Source: an uncultured Muribaculaceae bacterium (GTDB taxonomy: Bacteria; Bacteroidota; Bacteroidia; Bacteroidales; Muribaculaceae). Taken from it: a DNA stretch of 64,000 nt. The position numbers and the translations under genes were made by a program. Each line of letters starts with the position of its first letter. Positions within the stretch are counted from its first letter, which is position 1. Below, piece by piece: positions 52,746-60,620 of this stretch. The stretch covers positions 4,269 through 68,268 of the forward strand of contig CAJTOZ010000012.1 in assembly GCA_910578095.1 (NCBI GenBank). The letters run 5' to 3'. A model generated the notes under the pieces. It saw only the letters and a list, made by a program, of their open reading frames with translations. It searched no databases and was not told the origin of the DNA.

Positions 52746-53127
52746 TGGTATTCAGATTTTGATTCGCTTGCAAAATTATCACTGTAAAATATCCTTTGCA
52801 AAATTTTTACACAGGATTATATGCAAATCAATTTAGTGAAATATTAACAATATAATACACTGAATAACAGTTATTTAATTTTTTGAAACTCGAGTTTCAC
52901 ACAATTATTTGAAACTATTGAAACCGGCTGCTTCTACTTTTTCGCTCCACCGGCGGCCCCGGCAGCCGCCCGGGACTGCAACGCCACAAGCTATCAGAAC
53001 ATACCGTTACTGGATACCTGCGCGCACCATCACGCCACAGCAGCGAGCCCGCGTGGCCACGCTGTCCGGAATCAACGAAAAGGAAAGGATGAATATTAAC
53101 GGCGCCCCCTCACGCGGTGGCGGGGGG

Positions 53128-55932
53128 TCAGCGGCCGGCACGCTCCATATACTCGGCCGGAGTGATACCCTCCACCTTCTTGAAATAGCGGAAGAAACTG
53201 GTGCGGGAGCTGAATCCGGCCTTGGATGAAAGAGCCGTGAGGGTGAATTTGGCAGCTTCGGGGGAGGCGGCCAGCCGCTTGAATTCGTCGACGCGGCGTG
53301 CGTTCACATAGTCGTAGAAACTCTGCTTCAGATGTTGGCTGAAATAGAAAGACAGCTTGTGGGCCGAGACCCCTGCCATCTCGGCGAGGTCGGCCAGGCG
53401 CAGGTCGGGGTTGGTGTACGGCTTATCTTCCTTCATGATGCGCTCCAGCTGCTCGCTGATGCGGCGTCCTTCATCGCGGCGCATGCTGTATGTCTTGTAT
53501 TTGCGCTGGCGCTCCTCGGGCACCGCGGCCCCGGCAGCGTCGCTTGCAGCGGCTTCCGCTGCAAGCAGCGGCTTCGCCGCTTGAGCTGCGCTCAAGCGGC
53601 GCGCATGGCGGATATAGGCGAAGAACGATACCACGGCCACAAGTGTCATGAGCAGACACACCCACATCCACATGGGATACGGCACATGGAGCTCCACGCA
53701 CACTTCGGTATCGGCGCGGCCGGCCTGGCGCAGGCGCAGCCTGTGGGTGCCGCCGCTCAGGTCGTAGAACGAGAGGTCGAAGGAGTGGCTGAGATCATGC
53801 CATTCGTCGCCATCGCTCTCAAGCATGTATTCGTAGTGCACGTTCTTGGGGTCGGAATAGTTGAGAGGGGTGAGCTGCAGTGTGATGCTGCCTGCGTGAC
53901 GCGGGAAGTCGATACTGTAGTCGCCTCCGGCATCCCGGTGGAGCACGGCGTCGAGGCGCTCGCCGTTGACGAGCACATCGGACAGCTGCAAGGCAAATTC
54001 GCTCACGGCACGCTTCTCCACCACTTCGTGCGGCTGTACGCCCAGCAATCCGCGCGAGTTGCCGAACCACAGCTTCCCGGAGGCATCCTCTATGGGGGTG
54101 CAGTCTATGAAAAGGGGCGATATCACGCCGTCGGAGCTGCCGTATTCCATCCATTGGCCATCGGCGGCGCGGCTGAAGATACCATTGGATGTGGCCAACC
54201 AGAGGCATCCGTCGGCATCTTCTATGAGGGCGCGCGGCTCACGGCCGAGGCCTGCGGGAGTGGCGAGAGGCCCGAAATCGGTCATGGCCATATTGGAGTA
54301 GTAGATGTCGCCGTGCTCGGGGAGGAAGTAGAGCCGGCCGTGCGAATCTTCATACACCTCCTTGAATTTATGCCCGTTGAAAAATCCTTTCGGGAATATG
54401 CTGCGGCTTATGGTGCCTCGGGTGGGATCGTAGACGGCGAGGCCATTTTCGGTGCATATCCATCCATTGCCTTTGGAGTCGAAGAATATGGCGTAGATAT
54501 TGCCTTCAGGAAGCTGGCTGTTGGCGGAAGTCCAGTGCTCTCCGGAGCCGCCCGGGGAATAGCGGTAGACGCCGGCCGATGTTCCGCACCACATGGAGCC
54601 GTCGGGATGGGCTGTGAGGCTGAACACATGGCCGCGGCGGAAGGGATAGTCCTCGGCATCGCTGTTTACATCCCCCACTCTTCCGGTGGCAGGATCTATC
54701 GAATGGATGCCGCCGCCATAGGTTCCGATGACGAAGCGGCCGTTGTACCATGCGGCCGATATCACCATATTGCTACGCAGCTGGGGAGTGGTGTAATGAG
54801 ACACTTTTACGTTGCCGTCGGGGAGTTCCTCGAGCACTACGGCACCATCGCGTGTGCCGAGCAGTGTATAGGGCCCGTGGCGCTTCACCACGCGCACTCC
54901 GCGGCCGTAGGTGGAATAGCCGTCGACAGCATAGACGGAGAAGACACCTGAGGAATAGAGGGTGTAGGAAGCGCCAAGCTGATAGTAGCCAACCCAGAGA
55001 AGGTCCTGCGGGTCTACGTAGACAGTGTAGACGGCGTTTCCGCTAAGGCCGTTTTCCTGACCGGGGCGATGCAGAAAGCGGTCTACTATCTTGCCGGTAG
55101 ACGTGTTCATAGCGACGATTCCGGCGCCGTCGGTGGCGACGTAGAGGATGCCGTGGCTGTCGAGCGCGAGGTCGGTGACCACGTTGCTGCCGGGACCGCT
55201 GCAGGCTGCGAATTCGCCGTTAAGACGGTCGAAAGTGATGACGCCACTGTCCGATGTGCCCAGAAAAAGGCGTCCGGGCGTGGCTACAACGCTGTTGAAG
55301 CCTCCGCTGCGGCCATACAGCACGGGGGAGCCGTCGCTCATCACTATCACACCGGCTTCGGTGGCGAGGAAAAGGGTGTCGCCGGCGATATCCATTCCGG
55401 TGATATGGTTGCTCGGGGCCGCGAGGCGCAGGTCGACCAACGGGACGGCTTCGGCGGTGGCTGTGGCCGGTGTGTAGCGGTAAAGGCCCGTGGAAGTGCC
55501 CAGATAGAGGCCATTGCCATCGCGTGTGGGCAGCATGGAGCTTATGATGCCGATGGAGCGCACGCGCGAGGTATCGGCGAGAGCGGGGCGGAAGCTGTCG
55601 GCGCCTTCATCCAGCCGCCACAGACCATCGCCATTGCCCGCATAGAGGGCACCCGCTATGGCAGCGAGCGCATTCACGCGGCGATATTTCATGTCGTTTC
55701 CCTCGATGGGATAGTGGCGCAGGCGCACTCCGTCGAAGCGGTCGACGCCGAGGCCGTTACCGAGCCATACGAAGCCCGTGCTATCCCTCACCACCGATGT
55801 GACGGTCATTTCCATCAGCTGATCGGAGGCGGATATATTTCTGAAGTCGTTGCAACGGCGGCCTGCAGCGGCGCTGAAAGCGGCGGAGGCAACGAGAATC
55901 ACGAGGCATATATATCTGAGGATCTTTGTCAA
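53128..55932 (-). CDS. Membrane-spanning sensor-regulator: beta-propeller + Y_Y_Y-like domain + TM + AraC HTH
   Basis: Propeller repeats (DSTGFVWLG, DSKGNGWICT, EDADGCLWLAT), TM WMWVCLLMTLVAVVSFF, then PYTNPDLRL...FYDYVNARRV...AGFSSRTSFFRYFKK; no kinase or receiver; TTG start. Confidence 0.85.
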   Translation of the reverse strand: MTKILRYICLVILVASAAFSAAAGRRCNDFRNISASDQLMEMTVTSVVRDSTGFVWLGNGLGVDRFDGVRLRHYPIEGNDMKYRRVNALAAIAGALYAGNGDGLWRLDEGADSFRPALADTSRVRSIGIISSMLPTRDGNGLYLGTSTGLYRYTPATATAEAVPLVDLRLAAPSNHITGMDIAGDTLFLATEAGVIVMSDGSPVLYGRSGGFNSVVATPGRLFLGTSDSGVITFDRLNGEFAACSGPGSNVVTDLALDSHGILYVATDGAGIVAMNTSTGKIVDRFLHRPGQENGLSGNAVYTVYVDPQDLLWVGYYQLGASYTLYSSGVFSVYAVDGYSTYGRGVRVVKRHGPYTLLGTRDGAVVLEELPDGNVKVSHYTTPQLRSNMVISAAWYNGRFVIGTYGGGIHSIDPATGRVGDVNSDAEDYPFRRGHVFSLTAHPDGSMWCGTSAGVYRYSPGGSGEHWTSANSQLPEGNIYAIFFDSKGNGWICTENGLAVYDPTRGTISRSIFPKGFFNGHKFKEVYEDSHGRLYFLPEHGDIYYSNMAMTDFGPLATPAGLGREPRALIEDADGCLWLATSNGIFSRAADGQWMEYGSSDGVISPLFIDCTPIEDASGKLWFGNSRGLLGVQPHEVVEKRAVSEFALQLSDVLVNGERLDAVLHRDAGGDYSIDFPRHAGSITLQLTPLNYSDPKNVHYEYMLESDGDEWHDLSHSFDLSFYDLSGGTHRLRLRQAGRADTEVCVELHVPYPMWMWVCLLMTLVAVVSFFAYIRHARRLSAAQAAKPLLAAEAAASDAAGAAVPEERQRKYKTYSMRRDEGRRISEQLERIMKEDKPYTNPDLRLADLAEMAGVSAHKLSFYFSQHLKQSFYDYVNARRVDEFKRLAASPEAAKFTLTALSSKAGFSSRTSFFRYFKKVEGITPAEYMERAGR

Positions 55933-56024
55933 AAGCTGTGGAATGAATAGGTTTTAATGGCGTGCAAAATTAATGATTTTTTCAAATATATGGAATACCT
56001 ATTTTTCTGCTTTTCAACATATAA

Positions 56025-57251
56025 TCACTTGTAAGCCAACTGTGGGCTTCCGGCGTTTTGCTCGCTGCGGCGCAGGCGGTTGAGGGCCTCGATGTAGTAG
56101 TAGTCGGCATAAACGATGGATGCGTCGATCTCGCTGCCTGCGGGATGATGGCCGGTGGAGTGGAGGAGGAAGGCATCGTTGGCGTCGCCGCTGCGGTAGG
56201 CCTCACCTCCGAGAGAGCGGAGCATTGCGCGTGAGGCGTCGTGGTAGCGCGCGGCGTGTGTGTCGTCGGCATAGTTTTCAAGTTCGAGGAGTGCCGAGGC
56301 TACTACGGCCGCTGCCGAGGCATCGCGTGGAGCATCAAGGCCGCGGGGGTCGTCGAAGTCCCAGAGGGGTATCATGTCGTCAGGGAGCCGGTCGAGATAT
56401 ACATCGGTGACCTTGCATGCGAAGTCGAGGAAGCGGGGGTCGCGTGTCTCGCGGTACACTACGGTGTAGCCGTAGATGGCCCATGCCTGCCCGCGTGCCC
56501 ACATGGAGTCGTCGGAGTAGCCCTGATGTGTGCATCCACGCAGAAATTCGCCGCTTTCGGGATTGTAGACAGCTACGTGGTAGCAGCTACCGTCGGGGCG
56601 GAAGTGGTGGTTCATGGTGGTTTCGGCATGGCTGACGGCTATGTCATAGCAGTAGGGGTTGCCACCGTTTTTGGCTGCGAAGAAGAGCATCTCGAGGTTG
56701 ATCATGGTGTCCATGATGGTGTTGTGGCCACCAAAGTCCTTGACGTGGCGGGGCCATGCGAGGAGTGTTCCGACGGCCGGATTGAAGAGTGTGGCGAGGG
56801 AATCGGCCGCGTTGACTATTGCTTTCCGGTAGGCGTCGTCGCCGGTGAGGCGGTAGGCGTTGCCGTAGCTGCAATAGATGAGGAAACCGAGGTCGTGGTC
56901 GTAGACGGGCTGTTGCAGGATGGGCGCGAGGGAGCGGGTGGACTGCTCGGCGGCAGCTCGTATGGCGGGGTCCTGCGAGTATTCGTAGTCGTACCACAGC
57001 ACTCCGGGCCAGAATCCGCTGCACCACTCTTCGGCGCATACGGGGCGGCATGCCCACTCGCGGGCATCGCCCTGGATGTTTCGCGGCATCACGGTGGTGT
57101 CGGCCGGCAGATGGGACAGTGCGGCGTGCACTTTTTCGTTACAGTAGGCGAGGTCGCTTTCGGCATTCACCTCGGCGGTTTTGCTTGCAGAGGCGCATCC
57201 TGCAAGCGCGATGGCAAAGAATGGAAGAAATATTTTGTTGTACGTCTTCAT
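56025..57251 (-). CDS. GH88 unsaturated glucuronyl hydrolase, lipoprotein
   Basis: WCSGFWPG, HDLGF, IMDTMINL, WARGQAW, DASA, YADYY. Confidence 0.9.
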   Translation of the reverse strand: MKTYNKIFLPFFAIALAGCASASKTAEVNAESDLAYCNEKVHAALSHLPADTTVMPRNIQGDAREWACRPVCAEEWCSGFWPGVLWYDYEYSQDPAIRAAAEQSTRSLAPILQQPVYDHDLGFLIYCSYGNAYRLTGDDAYRKAIVNAADSLATLFNPAVGTLLAWPRHVKDFGGHNTIMDTMINLEMLFFAAKNGGNPYCYDIAVSHAETTMNHHFRPDGSCYHVAVYNPESGEFLRGCTHQGYSDDSMWARGQAWAIYGYTVVYRETRDPRFLDFACKVTDVYLDRLPDDMIPLWDFDDPRGLDAPRDASAAAVVASALLELENYADDTHAARYHDASRAMLRSLGGEAYRSGDANDAFLLHSTGHHPAGSEIDASIVYADYYYIEALNRLRRSEQNAGSPQLAYK

Positions 57252-57270
57252 ATTCGTGTTACTATTGCAC

Positions 57271-59124
57271 TCAGTCTTTTGTTATTATCATGGCTGCTCC
57301 ACCCCGTGGGAGGAGTTTAAGGTTCATTTTTGTCTTTGAGTTGACGCTCCGTGTGGTGCATTTCACCTGCGTGGCCGTGGGCACAGAGGGGTCGTCGGTG
57401 AAGATTCGGGCGGTGTATTTCGCTCCCGGCTCGAGAAAGTCCAGTGTGAGCGGCAGCTCGCGGGCGTCGTTGCCTGTCATGGCGCCCACCCACCAGTCGG
57501 AGCCGCTGCGGCGTGCCATGGCGATGTGCCGGCCGGGCATACCGGAGAGCACGCGGGTGTCGTCCCATACTGTGCGCAGGCGCTCAAACCATTCTATCTC
57601 GGGCTCGCCGTTGTATCGCTCGGGTTTGTCGTACCAGAGGATGGTCTGGAGCGGGGAGTAGAACACTACAGATGCCGCCAGCTGATGGGCGTGGGTGTTG
57701 CGCAAGCGCTTGTCGAAATAGCAGATGGTGTAGTCGGCGGCGCCGTTGATCATGCGTGTGAACGGGAGTGTGACGTTGTGCGTTGCATCGGGCCATTCCT
57801 CGTTGCCGTGGATTCCTTCCTGGGTGAGGAGGTTGGGATATGTGCGTGAGAAGCCGGAGGGACGAAATTCGTCGTGTATGTTCATCATCAGATGATTGTC
57901 GGCGGCATCGCGCACGAGATCGTGTAGCCATGTGGCCCACCGGTGAGAGGCATACTGTACGAAACCGCTTTTTATGCCTACGATGCCCCACTCGCGGAGG
58001 AGGGGTAGCAGCTCCCGCTGCTGTTTCATGAGCGCATGCTGGTTGACGTAGAGCCAGATGCCGATTCCACGCTCGCGGGCATAGTCGGTGACGCGCTTCA
58101 TATCGAGCTTGTCGACCACTTTTGTGGCGTCGCCGTCATGGCTGGTGCATGGTACGTACCACAGCCAGTCGAACAGCATGTAGGGTATGTTGTGCTCGGC
58201 GCAGAAGTCGAGTGTGCGGATGGCGCCTTCGGTGGAGATGGTGGTCTCGCGCATGATGGTGCCGGGCTTGACCCATGCGGCAGCGTCGAGTACGGCACAC
58301 GGCGGATTGAGATTCTGAATTATGTCGTTGTTCTCAAGCAGTTTTCCGGGTGTGTCGGCCGCCATTATCACTTTCCACGGTGTGGCGTAGTATGTGACGA
58401 TATCGACGGGGGAATACATCTCGGAGCCGAGCGTGTTGTCGCCGCGGCTGTCGAAACGCGTGAGGCACCAGTCGTCGACATCGGCATCGGTGAGCGCTCC
58501 CCAGTAGCCTCCGGGAAATTCGAGCGTGAGGGCGCGCTCGACAGGATGGGTGACAGAGTCGGCGGGGATGCGCCGGAATGGTGCCTGCGCCCACTCCTCG
58601 GCCCACAGCATTGTGCCTTCGGGGAGGCGATAGGTGGTGAGGTCGTCGGTGACTTTGTGGAATACTGCGGCGGGGTGCTCGGGGAAGAAATAGCGGAATG
58701 CGATGCCTTCGTCGTAGGCTCTCGCCTGGATGTCGAGACGATAGTCGGAGCCATCGTGGCGCGACATGTGCAGTGTACCTCCATTCCATCGGTCGCGCAC
58801 GGTGGAGCGCTCGCCATAGAGAGGATGCCACACTGTGTCGGCGCTCTGATATGTGATTGAATCGAGCACGAAAGTATCCATCCAGTGCGCGGGCTGCGGG
58901 AGCCTGCGCTTGCCGAGTGCGAGAGCCATCTCCCACGACCGGTTGTCGAGGTCGAGCCCCATGCGTCCGCCCTGCACGACGGGATTTCCGCGGAAAGTGA
59001 CGTCGTAGGAGACTGTGAGCACCGAGTCGGCATTGCGTTCGGGACGTATGTCGATGCGCTGGCTGCCGTCGGGCGATGTGAGCGTCAGAGCGGCGGCGAG
59101 GGCGTGGAGTGTCAGTAGATTCAT
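57271..59124 (-). CDS. GH97 family protein (atypical catalytic motifs)
   Basis: LTSPDG, RAYDEGIAFRY, TPWKVI, WVKPG, RTYPNLLTQEGIHGNE, LPFTR..G.ADYT, WDDT, ARR. Confidence 0.88.
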   Translation of the reverse strand: MNLLTLHALAAALTLTSPDGSQRIDIRPERNADSVLTVSYDVTFRGNPVVQGGRMGLDLDNRSWEMALALGKRRLPQPAHWMDTFVLDSITYQSADTVWHPLYGERSTVRDRWNGGTLHMSRHDGSDYRLDIQARAYDEGIAFRYFFPEHPAAVFHKVTDDLTTYRLPEGTMLWAEEWAQAPFRRIPADSVTHPVERALTLEFPGGYWGALTDADVDDWCLTRFDSRGDNTLGSEMYSPVDIVTYYATPWKVIMAADTPGKLLENNDIIQNLNPPCAVLDAAAWVKPGTIMRETTISTEGAIRTLDFCAEHNIPYMLFDWLWYVPCTSHDGDATKVVDKLDMKRVTDYARERGIGIWLYVNQHALMKQQRELLPLLREWGIVGIKSGFVQYASHRWATWLHDLVRDAADNHLMMNIHDEFRPSGFSRTYPNLLTQEGIHGNEEWPDATHNVTLPFTRMINGAADYTICYFDKRLRNTHAHQLAASVVFYSPLQTILWYDKPERYNGEPEIEWFERLRTVWDDTRVLSGMPGRHIAMARRSGSDWWVGAMTGNDARELPLTLDFLEPGAKYTARIFTDDPSVPTATQVKCTTRSVNSKTKMNLKLLPRGGAAMIITKD

Positions 59125-59149
59125 CCGAAGTTATGTTTTTACATCATAA

Positions 59150-59180
59150 AATACGGATATGCTATGTTTATTACCTAATA
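59150..59180 (-). promoter_or_regulatory. Bipartite motif copy 3 (degenerate) upstream of GH97
   Basis: Plus strand AATACGGA-N14-TACCTAATA, 26 bp upstream of ATG 59124. Confidence 0.5.
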
Positions 59181-59278
59181 TGAATATCGACAAAAATAGC
59201 CCTATTGACATCACGTGGATATTGTTTTGCGGCTGTCTGCCGAGCATTGAGAATAGTGCTTATTTTGCAACCCCGTAT

Positions 59279-59385
59279 GGCGAGGGTACAGAAGAACAAG
59301 AGGAAATAAGAGACATAAGTTATTGGTTGTTTTGTAGTTATTTCCATGTTATACGCGCCGAAGGCACGTCCCCACATTGTGGGGG
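59279..59385. repeat. Partial copy of the dispersed element (left terminal arm plus single inverted REP)
   Basis: GGCGAGGGTACAGAAGAACAAGAGGAAATAAGAGACATAAG...ACGCGCCGAAGGCACGTCCCCACATTG. Confidence 0.7.
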
Positions 59386-59470
59386 ATGCCCGCTGATTTA
59401 AAAGGGAATGGTAAGAATTTCAAGTTTCGCTTTGCTGCTTTTGGGTTTGGCCCGCGGCGGCAGCTGCCGC

Positions 59471-60226
59471 TTATGCGCTTACGGCGCATAAGCGGAGTTT
59501 ATCGCGCTCTGCGAGCGGAGTTAATTCCGGGCTGCGCCCGGAGTGAATTGCGGCCGGGGGCCGCAGAGAATCGCGCGCGGGGCGCGCAGTTGGGCCTGCG
59601 GCGCTTCTTAGCTTTCTTTGCGGCCTTTCGTTGATGGCCCGGGAGGCTGCTATGGGGAGGATTGCTGAGGTTTCGGCTCTGCCGGCTGCTGTGTGGCGGC
59701 GCTCCTGCATGGCGTGGTAGTAGCTTGCGAAGAAGCTGAGGCAGTTGCTGCGGTAGCGGCCTACGAGGATGACAGCGGTGCCGCGGCTCATGGGGACGGT
59801 GTTGAGGAGGTTGATTATTGTGTCGCGTGCGCGGGGATCGCCATTGAGGTGGCTGCCGTAGTTGTGGAGGTTGAAGGCTATGGCCTGGGTGGCCTGCACG
59901 CCGCGGCGGGTGCCGTAGGGTGTGCGGCCGCTTAGGGCGTGGACGGATTTGTCGGCGGGAGGGAATGCTGTGTTTTTATGGAATGTGGCACGGGCGCGGG
60001 TGCGGTCGGCAATAATGATGTCGCCACATGGGGTGAAGGTGTCGCGTAGAAAGCGGAGGTAGGCTGTGAGGATTGAGGATAGCTGGCCGATGGGTGCGCC
60101 TGTGGTGTCGATGCATGCGCGCAGATAGCCGTGGCGCCATCTCTGGCGCTCGAGGGCGCAGATGAGGGCTTCCTGAAAGCGTGTGGGCCTGCGGCCATAC
60201 CATTTTGTGAAGAGGTGCGCGTACAT
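59471..60226 (-). CDS. Hypothetical protein (about 251 aa, basic)
   Basis: ATG 60226 lies 4 nt after TATATTTG; codon style resembles the neighbouring genes; no family recognised with confidence. Confidence 0.5.
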   Translation of the reverse strand: MYAHLFTKWYGRRPTRFQEALICALERQRWRHGYLRACIDTTGAPIGQLSSILTAYLRFLRDTFTPCGDIIIADRTRARATFHKNTAFPPADKSVHALSGRTPYGTRRGVQATQAIAFNLHNYGSHLNGDPRARDTIINLLNTVPMSRGTAVILVGRYRSNCLSFFASYYHAMQERRHTAAGRAETSAILPIAASRAINERPQRKLRSAAGPTARPARDSLRPPAAIHSGRSPELTPLAERDKLRLCAVSA

Positions 60227-60320
60227 GCGGCAAATATACGGCGCGCGGAAGGTGGATGTTGCTATAATTGCGACATGAGGTGATGAGATATAGTTTTTTT
60301 TGAGCACTGCAAGCTTACAT

Positions 60321-60552
60321 GGCGAGGGTACAAAAAGGACAAAGGAGCATAAGAAACATAGCTTATTTATTGATTGTCAACAAATAACATAATTATCCGC
60401 CAAAGTACCCAAGGTTTTATTCTCAATGTAGGGACGCGCCTTTGGCACGTATAAGGGGCATGCAGGCATACGATACATCGCAAAGCGATGTACCAACATT
60501 GCGGGCGGTAACCTTAGGATGTCAACTTGAGTAATTTTGCGGATAATCAATA
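60321..60552. repeat. Dispersed REP-doublet/MITE-like element, third full-core copy
   Basis: Left arm GGCGAGGGTACAAAAAGGACAAAGG; core 60424-60501; inner arm TTTTGCGGATAAT. Confidence 0.85.
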
Positions 60553-60620
60553 TAAATAAACATCCGCAGGCCTCACGGACCGCGGATGTACACACCTAAA
60601 TACCTAAAACTTTACCTTTT

